This document shows, piece by piece, positions 1 through 12,974 of a DNA stretch of 64,000 bases (positions within the stretch are counted from its first letter, which is position 1; the number at the start of each line of letters is the position of its first letter). Under the pieces are notes generated by a model. The model had not been told where the DNA came from. It saw nothing but the letters and a program-made list of their open reading frames with translations, and made no database searches. Source of the stretch: Eledone cirrhosa (Eukaryota). A program made the position numbers and the translations under genes. Where the stretch lies: the NCBI GenBank assembly GCA_964016885.1, contig OZ024741.1, positions 107,880,001 to 107,944,000 on the forward strand, written 5' to 3'.

Positions 1-2028
1 GTTCCAAAGGGATGCCCTGCAACAACTCCAACTTCCGCAGTAGTGGCTCGAGAGTCAACACATACAGAAGGGAGGAGAGAGGGCACCCCTGTCGGATGGA
101 CCGCGCGATTTTGAACGGCTCCGAGAGGTAGCCGTTCACCTTGACCCTAGAGCAGATGCGGCTGCTGTGCATAGCAGTGATCCAGCCCCTGAAAACGGGT
201 CCGAAGCCTGCCGCCGCTAGCACCGCATCCAGGTAACCATGGTCGACCCTATCGAACGCCTTAGATTGATCCAAGTTGATCAGAGCCCCACCAAAGCCGG
301 GTTCGTTCCCAACCCTCTCTATGATGTATCGCATGAGGTGGAGGTTGTCATGGATGGACCTGGACGGGATAGCGCATGTCTGCACATCTCCCACCAGGTT
401 GCCCACGACAAGCGCCAACCTCTTTGCTAGCACCTTGGCCAAAATCTGTAACTCTGTATTTAGCAGAGTTATGGGCCTGAAGTTACTTATTTCGTCCCCC
501 TTGTTCTCGTCCTTCCTCACTAGCGTGACTACGCCCTTGGTCACAGTACAGGGAATTCTCCCATTCTGTTGCCAGTTGCAGTAGACCGCCTCGAGGAGAT
601 CGGGGAACAAGTCCGGCATAGCTAGATATAATTCGTAAGGAAGACCATCGAGACCCGGGGATTTGCGTTTGCCGCATTGGCTCAGCACGTCCTCTATCTC
701 AGCGGCCGAAATCGGCTCCTCGCAGGACTTCGCCTCCCTGTCCGAGAGGCGCGGCAGGCCGTCGAGGTATGGACCGAAGTCCACGTTCCCAACCGGCTCC
801 CCGCCCCTCCCGAACAGTCGGGCAAAGTGCCTTTGAAAAGCCTCACACATCTGCTTAGGCTCAAGAATCGCCCGTCCATCCAGGTCTCGCAAAGACCGGA
901 TGGTGGATTTAGTTCCACTGTTGGCCTCTGTCACGCGGGCCCAGCTAACAGCTTTGGTCCCCTCGTTCCCTAGAGCACGTATTTTACTTCGGACAACGCA
1001 GCCTTCGTGCTTCGCGTCGAAAAACTGGCTCAAAGCCGTTCTCGACGCTAGCACTCTGGCCACGTCGCCGCTTCTAATTGCCTCTTCTACTCTATCTATT
1101 AGCTCCCTTTCCTTCCTATTCCTATCCGCAGCTAGAACCTTACTAAATTCTATCGAGACTACTCTAATCTCTCTCTTTAGAGATACCCACCACCTGCTGT
1201 TGACGATCGCTCCAGTCAACCGTTCCTTAACTAACGTACTAATCCGATTCCTGTAGGCTCTACTTGCCGGCAAGGACAAGTTGAGCTTCCAGTAACCGGG
1301 GCCCTGTCTATGAGTTCTGTCAAGGTTGACCATGCAGGTCACTAATTTGTGGTCTGAATAGCCAACCATGCGCATTTTTGGACAACTTAAAAAGTCCTTA
1401 TCCTTAATTCTAACTAAGAACCTATCTAGGTACGACCTAGATGATCCGCTACGATTTGCCCAAGTCCAGGTTGGCGCAGTCGGAAAATCTAGTCGATATC
1501 TATCGGCCAGGTCAAATCGACCGATTAACCCTTTGAGGCTATTACACCCCTCTCTATCGGGGCAGGCCCTACGTAGTCCCAGCGTGCATCTAGGATACCA
1601 TTCCAGTCCCCCACTAATAGCAAGGAGCGGGACGTCCCCAGAAAAGTCTCCAGACGATGGAAGAAGTCCGGCCGCATTGACCCGAAAGGGCCGTAGGCGG
1701 CTACCAACCTAAACGCTCCGCCTTTACCACTGCCAAGGTCCAGAACCACTAGTCGACCCTCCGGGTCCAAATGTACCATCTGTGTTGCGAGACCCAGATG
1801 TTTTTGCAGCAGAACGACAACTCCACCCCCACCTCCGGGCTGACAGAGAGATGCGTGCATCTCAAAGTCATCAAAGGTGGGGGCCAGCTGTCGCACGTTG
1901 CTGATCCGGGCCTCGCAAATAACCATCACATCTATACGTTGTGACCTGAGGTCATTTAGAAGCATTGCTTGCTTCCAAGTTGAGCCCAGGCCACGCGCAT
2001 TTAAACAGCCTACTCTTAGCATAGCCAT
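1..2028 (-). pseudogene. LINE ORF2: APE endonuclease + reverse transcriptase, frameshifted
   Basis: EN motifs LNARGL, LVGDWNG, SYLDRF, SDHKLV, PGYWKLN. RT motifs RPITLLN, LAKVLAKRL, NLDQSKAFDRVDH, RQGCPLS. Frameshift near 1545. Confidence 0.92.
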
Positions 2029-2052
2029 GTTGGTGGTGAAGAGAAAAGGCAC

Positions 2053-3346
2053 TTACCTCTCTGCGTCCCGGGTATCGGGCTGCACAATTTCCATTAGGGT
2101 GGGGGATGGGTTGTTGGGTGGGGTGGTGGTTTGTGGAAGTGTGGGGGCATCAGTGTGTTGTGTGGTTGGGGAGCTTGGAGTTGTGTGGGTGTTTGGGGAG
2201 GGGGTGGGATAGTTTTTTAGGAGGACGCGGTTAATGGGCCCGACGCAGGGGGGACCCACGTCCTCTTTAAAATTGTTTTTTAAAGTTTTATAGGTGTCCT
2301 GTGGGGCCTTAATCATTTTGAGGTGGGGGAAATCCCCTGCCTGGGTGAAGTTAGGCCCTTGTGTTTTTATTAGATTGTTGTTGTACACTATGTTTAACAG
2401 TTTTTTGTTTCTTGTATTTATGTATGTGTATGCATGTTTTTGTTTTTGTGTGGTGTTTTTTGTTTGCTGTTGTGAGCTCTTTTGTGTTGGTGTCAGTGTT
2501 ATGTTTTGGGGAGGGTTTTTTTTCATTTGTGTGTCTGAGGTGTGTTTTCTTTTTTTTTCTTTTGATTGTGTGGAAGTGCTCCTCCTCGTCTGACGACGAA
2601 CTAGGGTCATCTTCCGCGTTGGAGGGGAGGGGTATATTTTCGGGTTGTGTTTGCGGTACGGGTGTTTTGGAAATTGTTTTTGTTTTTTGAGTGGAGGGGA
2701 TGGGTTGGACATTGTTTTGTTTTGGTTTGAACTGTGGTGGTTGTTTTTGTAGTGGTAGTTGTGGTGATTGTGTTGGTTGTGCAGTTGTTGGTGGTGTAGG
2801 CAGGATTGGGGTTTTCTTATTAAGTTGGGGACAGACAGCCCTCAGGTGACCTCTGGTTCCGCAGAGGTAACACGAGGGCCGTCTACCCTCAACGGTAATG
2901 TTGATGAAGGTTAGATCATCCAGTATGACGCGTTCAGGGATCTGGGCGATCCTTTCGGGCCTCATTTGAACTACAAGTTCGAGGCTCGTTCCACTGAACG
3001 CGTCACCCGATGCCTTTCCCATGGACACCAGCATGTCATCCTCCAGGTCCAGAAAACCTGTCAAAACCCACCATATGTCCATAATCGGCAGGATGGTGTG
3101 GATTTTTATTTTTTGTGTTCTTCTACCCATGTACGTAGGGTAGAAGGTGTATGCGGTGGATGTGATTGGTTTGATGGACAGTTTCACTGCTGTGTCCCTG
3201 TCCTTCATGAGAATGGATAGACTCCCGTAGAGTCTATCCTTCTGAATGAAGGTGATGTCCTTCATGACGTCTTTTAAAACCAGCTCTATCTCGCTCTGTG
3301 ATGGTTGAGCTGGTTTTTTACTTTTGTTCGAGATTGTCCTAAACAT
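2053..3346 (-). pseudogene. LINE ORF1 (gag-like nucleic-acid-binding protein), probably frameshifted near 2.4 kb
   Basis: ORF 2351..3346 contains CYLCGTRGHLRAVC (CX2CX4HX4C) followed by a P/Q/T-rich linker. The overlapping frame 2053..2712 ends just upstream of ORF2. Confidence 0.8.
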
Positions 3347-3885
3347 GACCTAGATGGATAGATAGATAGCTAGATAGATAGATAGGTATAAACATAGTAA
3401 AATATATATAAATAAATCTGTGTGTATGATTGTGTAAATCAGGGAATATGTAAGAAACTTCTGGTGAGTTATGGAAGTTGAACATTAAGATAGATTTAGA
3501 AAGAAAAAATAAAAGTATCGACATGATGACGATTGATTCAATAAAGAAATAGCAAGAGATATCAGAGCTTCAAGAAAACTGATTGGTTCAATTGTAGAAT
3601 GATTCATGTGATTAAAACGTTGGATATAGGAGGAATTGGTCAATCAGACACGATACTGTCTTAAAGGGCTTCCTCACTTTGTCATTAACTTGATAATTTC
3701 ACCAGCGTTGCAGTGTTAATTTACTGTAAAATTAACTGTCCACATTAAATTGGTCTTCTCATACATATACTCGTATACATATAAACAAACATACATACAT
3801 ACTAAAATTATTACGTACATACATACATATATACGTACACAGAGACACACATATATACACATACACCAATCGATATACGTACATA

Positions 3886-3963
<78 letters not shown>

Positions 3964-4006
3964 TATATATTTATAAATATATATATTTATATATATACAT
4001 ATATAT

Positions 4007-4045
<39 letters not shown>

Positions 4046-4510
4046 GTCTGTGTCGATTAACACAGCAACGCAGAAGAGGGGGATACAGGCAGAGCCACAT
4101 CCAGATGATGAAGCTGTTCGTTAAAAGTAAATAATGACTGCCCAATGAACTGCGGTCTAGATGAATTATATATTCAATGGTCAGAAAATTGCAGGTCACC
4201 ATATTTGATTATTTCTGATATATAATATGACACTTAGCTGTAGGCGTACCAGAGGCCATCCACGTCTCCTGGCATCATACCTAGCTCTACAATGGCTGAT
4301 AGTTTTCGTTCGAATAGGGCGGATTGCTAGAGTAGGCTTTGAAACTTTGGGTAGCATGCAACAGTGTTCAGAGTTTATTACTAATAATCTACTTGGCACA
4401 GAGCGCTCTTTTACATTTATCTTGTCAACGGAAACTATTGACATTACATACACACACGCACACACACGCAAACACACACACACACACCTACATACATATA
4501 TATATATATA

Positions 4511-4590
4511 TTACGCACTCTACTACCCAGTATCGAGTACTTTGGTGCATTATAGTCCACCTGGTTACTCACCACACTTCCTTCGTTATA
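4511..4590 (+). repeat. PLE family A 3' tail only (solo tail in (TA)n)
   Basis: Matches the ~80-nt tail (ttacccactctactac...ttccttcgttata) seen at 60201-60281 and in the other family A copies. Confidence 0.75.
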
Positions 4591-4774
4591 TATATATATA
4601 TATACAATATATAGAGAGAAACACACATATACATGCGGACACATACATATACATGAATATATCTACATATATCCCTGTGTTAGTGGTGCCAACGTAGTCG
4701 GGGACTGAAGAACCAGCTAGGTATAATATATCTTATTACTAATTATATCTAATGTTTCTTCTCTCTTCATAATA

Positions 4775-4836
<62 letters not shown>

Positions 4837-4906
4837 TGTATGCATATGTATGAATATATATGTACACTCACATGAGTAAAAATATATTATGTAAAATGAG
4901 ACTTAC

Positions 4907-4984
4907 CGGTCATCAGATCGGACCACGAAAACAAGAGTAATTCGCTGTGAAGGGATGAAATAAAATATGACATTATCTAAGAAA
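4907..4984 (-). other. candidate host exon (78 nt, open frame FLDNVIFYFIPSQRITLVFVVRSDD)
   Basis: Acceptor ctcatcttttcag| and donor |gtaagt; phase 2 at both ends; no homology recognised. Confidence 0.35.
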
Positions 4985-5303
4985 CTGAAAAGATGAGAAG
5001 TTTATGCTATTTTTCTTTTTTCGTTTTTTTTTTAATGTAGCCAATGTGTTTATTTAGTTTCTTTTAAAGATGTCAGAGACAATATTCCTAAACTATAGAG
5101 ATATTTACTGTTCTGTAACTGGTTATAGCAGGGGAAGGGAAAGAGAACCAAGCGAAAACGAACAACAATGTAAAAACAACAGAAGCAGAAAAAAAGAGGG
5201 AATTGTGTAATGATAGGAATTAGTTGATAACTGAGAAGTATAATTAGTCATAATGTTTTTCGTTACATTGTAAACAAAATAACTAATTTACTTTTGAACT
5301 TAC

Positions 5304-5485
5304 CTAAAGTGAATTCCATCACTCCTTAATACATTTTCGAAAAAAACAAACAAACATTGTTTTTACATCTATGTTCTTTTTTCAGTTGAGAACTGTTAAT
5401 GTTGTTGTTGACATTGCTGTCAGTTTTTACGTCGGTATTGTTGTTATTGAGATAGTGCTCTTGGCATGTGACTGCTGCTTCATAT
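5304..5485 (-). other. candidate host exon (182 nt; in frame only if the A7 run at 5340-5346 were A8)
   Basis: Acceptor tgttctgtttctaag| and donor ttag|gtaagt. Reads YEAAVTCQEHYLNNNN...HRCKNNVC, then after a 1-nt shift FENVLRSDGIHF. Confidence 0.3.
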
Positions 5486-6390
5486 CTTAGAAACAGAACA
5501 TCAATTAAACAATAAAAATTATAAAATGAAAAAGTAACGAAAACGTACTAACACGAGACAAGCAATGATGACTGATAAGAAGAACTCAGTTAAAAGATTC
5601 AAACATGAAAAAGACATTTGCATATCACAGATTTTTAATCAAGATCAGGAATAAAACAAACAAGAAGATTATCTGTGTTGAATAGGGACTAAAAGATAAT
5701 AAATATAAACTGTTCCCTTTGGATTCGGCCAGACGAGCCGTTTGCCATCCAAGGAAATTGCAATTTCACATCACTCTTAAAACTGGTGCAATGGTGAGAA
5801 ACACCAGTATCGGTAAAATTCCTCTTCTCTTGTCTCACTTACATTTCGTATATATATATAAATATATACTTAGTATATTTTGCGTTAGTTAATAAACAGA
5901 TAACATAACAGTTACCACCGAAACACATATAACTGCGATTATGTAACAATTATACGTGGTAAGTTCTAACATACTGACTTTTACTTCACTGTTATATATA
6001 TATATATATATATATATATAACATTGGTCATTCTTCAATGTAGATCATGATGTGGTATTATAAAAGCTCTCAACGCTACACATCTCATCCATCTCTGATG
6101 TTGAATCCTGTTGGTGGTGCAGCAACCGAGTTAAATGATATTATAGGGTAAAATGACAGGAGGCGGGACAGGTTGTATTTATGTATATATGTATAGAGCA
6201 TCCGACCTTTTCACTTCTACATTTCATTTGTCCGAGGCGTTAGTTTAGCGAAAATAAATGGAGTAGGTTTGATACACACCTGTGGTAATACCCATTTATT
6301 CCATTAGGGGGGGGGGTTCATATGCCCTAATATTAGACTATTTCCTGTAGTCAATATAGGGTGACTGTTTTAAAATCTATCATATATATC

Positions 6391-6478
<88 letters not shown>

Positions 6479-6494
6479 TATATATATATATATA

Positions 6495-7812
6495 TTAGTA
6501 AAAAGGAAAAGAAAATGCTAACACATTTTTCCCAGTGAAAAATTGTTTAATTAGGAATAAGTATAAATTAGTAATAATTATTGGTTAGTATTCAGTTTTA
6601 GTTTTAAGTTTTCACCGGTTGCGCATTTCTAATGCTTTTCAAAAGCAATTTTGAGATAGAGCGCTCGTGATGTCTGCTCCAATCTGACCAGTCCCGGAAA
6701 CCCCTCCTGCTTTATGTGAAAAAAGTGACCCCAAAGGCATTAAGACCCGGTTGGTTGTTGAATGTCACGTGAACAAGCACTATAAACCTCGCGCCAATTC
6801 GTGTTGCAAAAATTCTTGTAGTCAAAACAATTTTGACTGGTCGGTAGATGTCACGTGAACGTTAAAAATTGACCTCAGCGCGAACTGTCCTGGCGCCAAA
6901 TGCAGGCCCGTTGAAGAGTGAGGCGTTTGACACCATCCTCCAGTAGATCCGTGTGTTAAAAAGGGAGCATAGAATGAACCAAATCCTTCGAACACACGAT
7001 GTCATAAAGAGCAAAAACAATCTAAGTCAATGAAAAACATCCTAACACATGCCAAAGTACTGCCAACTACAACAACGAAACCCACAGTAAAAAAAATGCG
7101 ATAGACCCAACTGTGGCATATGCATCGACCTAATAGAGTGTTCGGAATTCTATTTCAAAGAAGCACAACGTTTTATAGTAAAACACAATTTCACATGCGC
7201 ATCAGAAAATCTAATATATGTATTAACTTGCTCAGGTTGTCGAGAACAATACATAGGCCAGACCAAATACAGCCTCCGCCAACGCATGACTGTCCATAGA
7301 TCCCAAATTAAAATACGGGAATACAGAAAAATACCACTGAGTGAACACATTGATACCTGTGACGCCATAATCATCCCAACTACAAATTTAAAGATAATGC
7401 CACCCACACCCAGCGCATCAGCAAGGAATCTCACTTTATTAACAAATATTTGTACACAAGTATCCCATACGGCAGGGCCTAATGGATTCCCCTTGCAGTA
7501 CATACAATCTGGACACTCACACACACCTTGGTGTTATGACAATACCATACATCATTTCACCTCTTTTATTATTGATGTTTTTGATGTTCTTTTGAGAGAA
7601 TCGTTTTGCAAATGACTGAAAATATAGAATAATGTACACCATTTTTACCAGTATCACAAAAATACTGGTCCATCCACACAGACACACACACGCATATACA
7701 CACACACACACACACACGTATACTAACATACAATCATACACACACACTTCTCCGTATAAGACAAGAGCTGAAAAATATGTTTCAAGATGTTAAAATATCC
7801 CACACACACACA

Positions 7813-7889
<77 letters not shown>

Positions 7890-8498
7890 TTGTCTTAATA
7901 GAAACCTGAACTGTTGACCTTTTAACATGACTTGCAACTCACACACACATCCCTACTGACCATTATCACAACAATGAACCTCTTTACTACACACACACAC
8001 ACACACAAACATATTTGTCTTCATAGACAAGTTTTTCAGTGACTTCTCAACATGACTGCAGATCAATCGGACGAGGGGGTGGGGGCACTCTTCGACGGGC
8101 CTGCATTTGGCGCCAGGACAGTTCGCGCTGAGGTCAATTTTTAACGTTCACGTGACCTTTACCGACCAGTCAAAATTGTTTTGACTACAAGAATTTTTGC
8201 AACACGAATTGGCGCGAGGTTTATAGTGCTTGTTCACGTGACATTCAACAACCACCCGCCTCTTAATGCCTCAGGAGCCACTTTTTCACATAAAACAGGA
8301 GGGGTTTCCGGGACTGGTCAGATTGGAGCAGACATCACGAGCGCTCTATCTCAAATTTGTTTAGAAATGCGCAACCGGTGAAAACTTAAAACTAAAACTG
8401 AATACTAACCAATAATTATTACTAATTTATACTTATTCCTAATTAAACTATTTTTCACTGGGAAAAATGTGTTAGCATTTTCTCTTCCTTTTTACTAA
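6495..8498 (+). mobile_element. 5'-truncated Penelope-like element (Neptune-type endonuclease) flanked by inverted ~420-bp pseudo-LTR copies
   Basis: 6495-6920 is the reverse complement of 8086-8498. A GIY-YIG fragment lies between them, and the flanks are (TA)n. Confidence 0.85.
7094..7363 (+). pseudogene. PLE GIY-YIG endonuclease fragment with Cys-rich linker
   Basis: KCDRPNCGICIDL...FTCASENLIYVLTCSGCREQYIGQTKYSLRQRMTVHRSQI...PLSEHID. Confidence 0.88.
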
Positions 8499-8555
8499 TA
8501 TATCACAACTCGTGTGATATATATATTTTTTAAATATATATATATATATATATAT

Positions 8556-8755
8556 AAAACGAAGGAATTATGGTAAGGAACCAGATGGACGATAACGCAC
8601 CAGAGTACTCAATACTTAGGGTAGTAGAGTGAGTAATAGGAATCATTATGACCCCGACGGCAGAGCTCAAGCCGTTTCGACGGCTATTTCTGGAGTCCAG
8701 AAATAGCCGTCGAAACGGCTTGAGCTCTGCCGTTGGCGTCATACTTTTCCCTATA
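8556..8755. mobile_element. PLE family A mini-palindrome (head-to-head truncated pLTR ends, tail on left arm)
   Basis: Inverted arms centred near 8695 carry the 3' half of the family A HHR; (TA)n flanks. Confidence 0.8.
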
Positions 8756-8756
8756 A

Positions 8757-8867
<111 letters not shown>

Positions 8868-9265
8868 AATAATGATGGCTGCGCGTTGCAAATGGTGGTG
8901 CATATGAAAAAGTAAATCCTTCATCAGTGACCCTCCAACCGTCCCAGGCATTTCATCGCTTTATATTTATATATATATATATACACAAAGATAGAGATAT
9001 AGTGATATGTGAAGGGAGACAGTTCTAAAACCTACGAAGACAATTATCAACGAAGAAAATATTAAATAAAAAATCATTATAAAAGACTAATTCAATAAAA
9101 CATGGCGAGCACCGAAATTTTAATTAATCCGTAACTTTCTAGAATGTCTAACAGTAACATTTTTTTAAGTCAATAAACGGAGAAGATACTTAAGAAGATT
9201 CAGTTCCTAATATATTCAAGAGATTTTTGAAAGGATGTAAATTCTTCTGATAATGAACAACTCGA

Positions 9266-9416
<151 letters not shown>

Positions 9417-9849
9417 GTGTGTGTGTGTGCGTTTGTGTGTGCGTGTGCGTGTGTGCATGTGTGTGCGTTTGTGTGTGTGTGTGTTTGTGTGTGTGTGCGT
9501 TTGTGTTTGTGTGTGTGTATGTGTGTGTTTGTGTGTGTGTGTGTATGTGTGTGCGTTTGTGTTTGTGTGTGTGTATGTGTGTGCTTGTGTGTGTGTGTGT
9601 GTGTATGTGTGTTTGCGTGTGTGCGCGTGTGCGCGTGTATGAGTGTTTGTGTGTATGTGTGTGTGTGCGGGCGTGTGTGTATGTTTGTGTGATTGTGTGT
9701 GTGCGTGTGTGTGTGCGTGTGTTTGTTATACTGTGCAACTATTCTGTATTCTATATATACATAACTCTGAAATAGTATTTAAAATATTATCGAGGTCCTT
9801 CGCACTTTAAACAATTATCTGGCTCACCAGAAATCAATATATGTGTGTG

Positions 9850-9936
<87 letters not shown>

Positions 9937-10349
9937 ATATTTATACAGACACATATATATCGTATCTGTGCTTTAACAGCGTTATCCACATAAATGTAGA
10001 TATTGTGTATTAAATCATATACGGGATGTTTATGAAAAACATTTAAAAGCCTCAATCTTTACCGTTTATCAAGTCTACGGCTAGATACCGCTCCATATGT
10101 ATATGAGCTTAATCAGCTCATATACAAAAGCAAAAGAATCTATAAGATCGTAGCTTAATTTAATCTTTTTCTAAGTGGAGAGATATGTAGTCTTGATAAT
10201 GGCTAAAGAGTGAGAAAGAACGTGTTACGGATTACTTACCCCTGTATTTGCTATGGTTAGGTGTGTGACGCTGGCTGCATTCTTAGAAATTCATAGCAAA
10301 GGGCTCTAAAATATTTTCGATAAACACCCCATATATTATTCCATATACA

Positions 10350-10380
<31 letters not shown>

Positions 10381-10390
10381 TGTATGTTTA

Positions 10391-11003
10391 TGTCAGGTCA
10401 CCAGTTGGTGCTACTGGTAACATGTATTCCAGTACAACCTGTCCCATGGTCGGGTCGTTGGCGACTAAACTGGCAACCCCACCAAGGTTTCTTGGTGAGG
10501 AGGGTGACTTTGGACATCCTGCAGGACTAAAAACAAAACCTGTCAAAAGGCAAAGGAGCTCTTAAGAGTCAATGGCCATCCAAAATCACCGGGAGAGATG
10601 ACCCCTTAGCCTTTGTCAAGGCAGAATTCTAGGAGAAGGAAAACTCTGATATAACACCTGCAACCCTGATGGTATCCAATGATGTTGACTTGTTCTTCTT
10701 TTTGGTAAATATCATCTTGGTTAAGAGAGTGGGACTGGCTTTGTGCAGTGCCTTTGCTCACTATAAAAGCTTCACGGCACAGGCATTGCTTTATATCTGG
10801 AGATCTCTCTGCATTTGTCGTCACATGGTACCATGGGCCCAGCACTATGTGTCAATAATTGTCACAAGTGTAGTGTTTGTACCAGAGCTTTCAAGTCGCT
10901 GGCTGGACTAAAAAGTCACACTCGTTCAGCGCATCAGTAGGGGTTCTCCTACATGGATATAAAGTAGTGGCCGTACTCGAAAACGAGTTGGCAGCCACCA
11001 TGT
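10391..11003 (+). mobile_element. RTE-derived non-autonomous retroelement (SINE-like) with C2H2-finger remnant and (TATG)n tail
   Basis: Encodes HKCSVCTRAFKSLAGLKSHTRSAHQ* at 10863-10940. Related pieces occur at 22250-22560, 22639-23173, 25449-25850, 36362-36512 and 37548-37875. Confidence 0.7.
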
Positions 11004-11038
11004 ATGTATGTATGTATGTATGTATGTATGTATGTATG

Positions 11039-11082
<44 letters not shown>

Positions 11083-11162
11083 CGCGCACGTGCCTGTGTG
11101 TGTGTGTGTGTGTGTGTGTTTATGCGCGTGTGTGTTTGTGTGTGTGTGTGTGTGTGTTTATG

Positions 11163-11193
<31 letters not shown>

Positions 11194-11502
11194 TTGTGTG
11201 TGTGTATGTGTGTGTTTGTGTGTGTGTCTGTGTGTTTATATATGTGTGTGTGTGTGTGTTTGTGTGTGTGTGTGCGTGGGCGTGTGTGTGTGTGTGTGGG
11301 TCTGTGTTTTTTTGTGTGTATGTGTGTGCGCGCGTGTGTGTATGTTTGTGTGGTTGTGTGTGTGCGTGTGTGTGTGCGTGTGTTTCTTATACTGTGCAAC
11401 TATTCTGTATTCTATATATACATAACTCTGAAATAGTATTTAAAATATTATCGAGGTCCTTCGCACTTTAAACAATTATCTGGCTCACCAGAAATCAATA
11501 TA

Positions 11503-11550
<48 letters not shown>

Positions 11551-11818
11551 AACGGAAAAAATGAAACGAAATTTCATTTCCCACTCTTAGTACGGCTGTT
11601 ACTTAAATATAAGTATATACACGTACATACATATATGTATACAAACGTACAGTAGTATGTATATATATATATACATACATGCACATATATATATATATGT
11701 ACGTATGGATTCATTGAACATTTATTATAATGTTCGGTGTGTTTGTAAACAAACATTCCATATTAAGCCGTAGTGTCCAGCAACCATCGTTGCTCGTTTG
11801 TTCAACACTGACAAAGGA

Positions 11819-11861
11819 ACGCTGTACTAGTTTCAAGCTTATTAGATATCGTGAGCAACGT
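11819..11861 (-). ncRNA. minimal type I hammerhead ribozyme, mutated copy (CUCACGA core)
   Basis: acgttg-CTCACGA-t-atct-aata-agct-t-GAAA-CTAG-TA-cagcgt. Stem I is 6 bp; G5 is mutated to C. Confidence 0.65.
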
Positions 11862-12244
11862 ATACCTTCCTGCCAGGTTGTTGAACGTATATACTTACCT
11901 TATGGATATTAACGGCTGAGTAGTCCAATTTGCATATCGAGTGGGTTAATCGGCCGGGTGCACCGAAAACGATAAACGGAAAGAATGAAACGAAATTTCA
12001 TTTCCCGCTCTTAGTACGGCTGCTACTTAAATAAAAGTATGTACACGTACATACATATATGTATACAAACGTACAGTAGTATATATATATATATATACAT
12101 ACATACATGCACACATACATATATGTACATATGGATTCACCGAACATTTATTATAATGCTCGGTGTGTTTGTAAACACACATCCGGTATTAAGCAGTAAT
12201 GTCCAGCAATCGTCGTTGCTCGTTTGTTCAGCACTGACAAAGAA

Positions 12245-12287
12245 ACGCTGTACTAGCTTCAAGCTTATTAGCTATCGTCAGCAACGT
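12245..12287 (-). ncRNA. minimal type I hammerhead ribozyme, mutated copy (GAAG)
   Basis: acgttg-CTGACGA-t-agct-aata-agct-t-GAAG-CTAG-TA-cagcgt. Palindromic CUAG stem III; A15.1 is mutated to G. Confidence 0.7.
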
Positions 12288-12298
12288 ATACCTTCCTG

Positions 12299-12378
<80 letters not shown>

Positions 12379-12974
12379 GGAGAAAGAGAGAGAGTGAGAG
12401 ATTGTTTACATTTGAATTACTGGCTAATTGGAGATCAGTGGTCTGCCGCCACTTTGTGTAACGGTAGCATATTCACACAGTATATGGAAGATGTGCGTCT
12501 GAGTTCCACGTCTAGCGTTGTCTAATTATCACTGTCACCAGAATTTTCTATGACATACTTATCTGATTATTTTTCATAGGCTAAACAACTCGTGTTGCAG
12601 CCATGTAGTAGTTCAGGAGAGTGACTGCAACAGATATTTAACGATGCGAAATTGCTACACTGCCTAGCTGGTTTTTATGTCAGTTACGTTAAGAATACAT
12701 GGTTCTGTAATATGCTGGGCGACTTAGCTCATTAATCCAATGTGTATTTTATACATATGATCGAAACCCGCCGTACATCTGTCGCCCGAAGGGCAATCGT
12801 CATATGGACATACAAGCGTACATACACAGAGAAAAACGTAGTATTCAATATATGTTGTAGAATTTATTTGTGAAATTCTGGGTTGTATCTTCTCTTCTTC
12901 AGTACTGTGGTTTCATTTATCAATTATGTTCATCAATGTTACATTTAACTTCATCTGTAGAAGGTGAACAGAAA

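Larger units (their letters stand above)
1..3540 (-). mobile_element. Tx1/L1-clade non-LTR retrotransposon (5' part; continues off the left edge)
   Basis: ORF1 with a CCHC knuckle followed directly by an APE-endonuclease + RT ORF2 on the minus strand. The 5' boundary is approximate. Confidence 0.9.
11550..12302 (-). repeat. ~426-bp tandem unit (about 1.8 copies), each copy with a minimal HHR
   Basis: 11550-11876 is repeated at 11975-12302; the HHR folds are 426 bp apart. Confidence 0.8.

Noticed and set aside
239-2212. Plus-strand ORFs over the Tx1 element
   Set aside because: Antisense shadows of GC-rich ORF2 with no protein motifs.
4700-4740. CTGAAGA-acc-agcta-ggt possible hammerhead
   Set aside because: GAAA is replaced by ATAA and stem I does not pair; at best a heavily decayed copy.
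8895-8960. CTGATGA on the minus strand
   Set aside because: No stem II/GAAA arrangement downstream.
10097-10125. 12-bp hairpin tgtatatgagct/agctcatataca
   Set aside because: Single AT-rich hairpin without a ribozyme core or a second copy.
11891-11900. ATACTTACCT resembling the U1 snRNA 5' end
   Set aside because: No U1 body follows; better read as a minus-strand splice donor.
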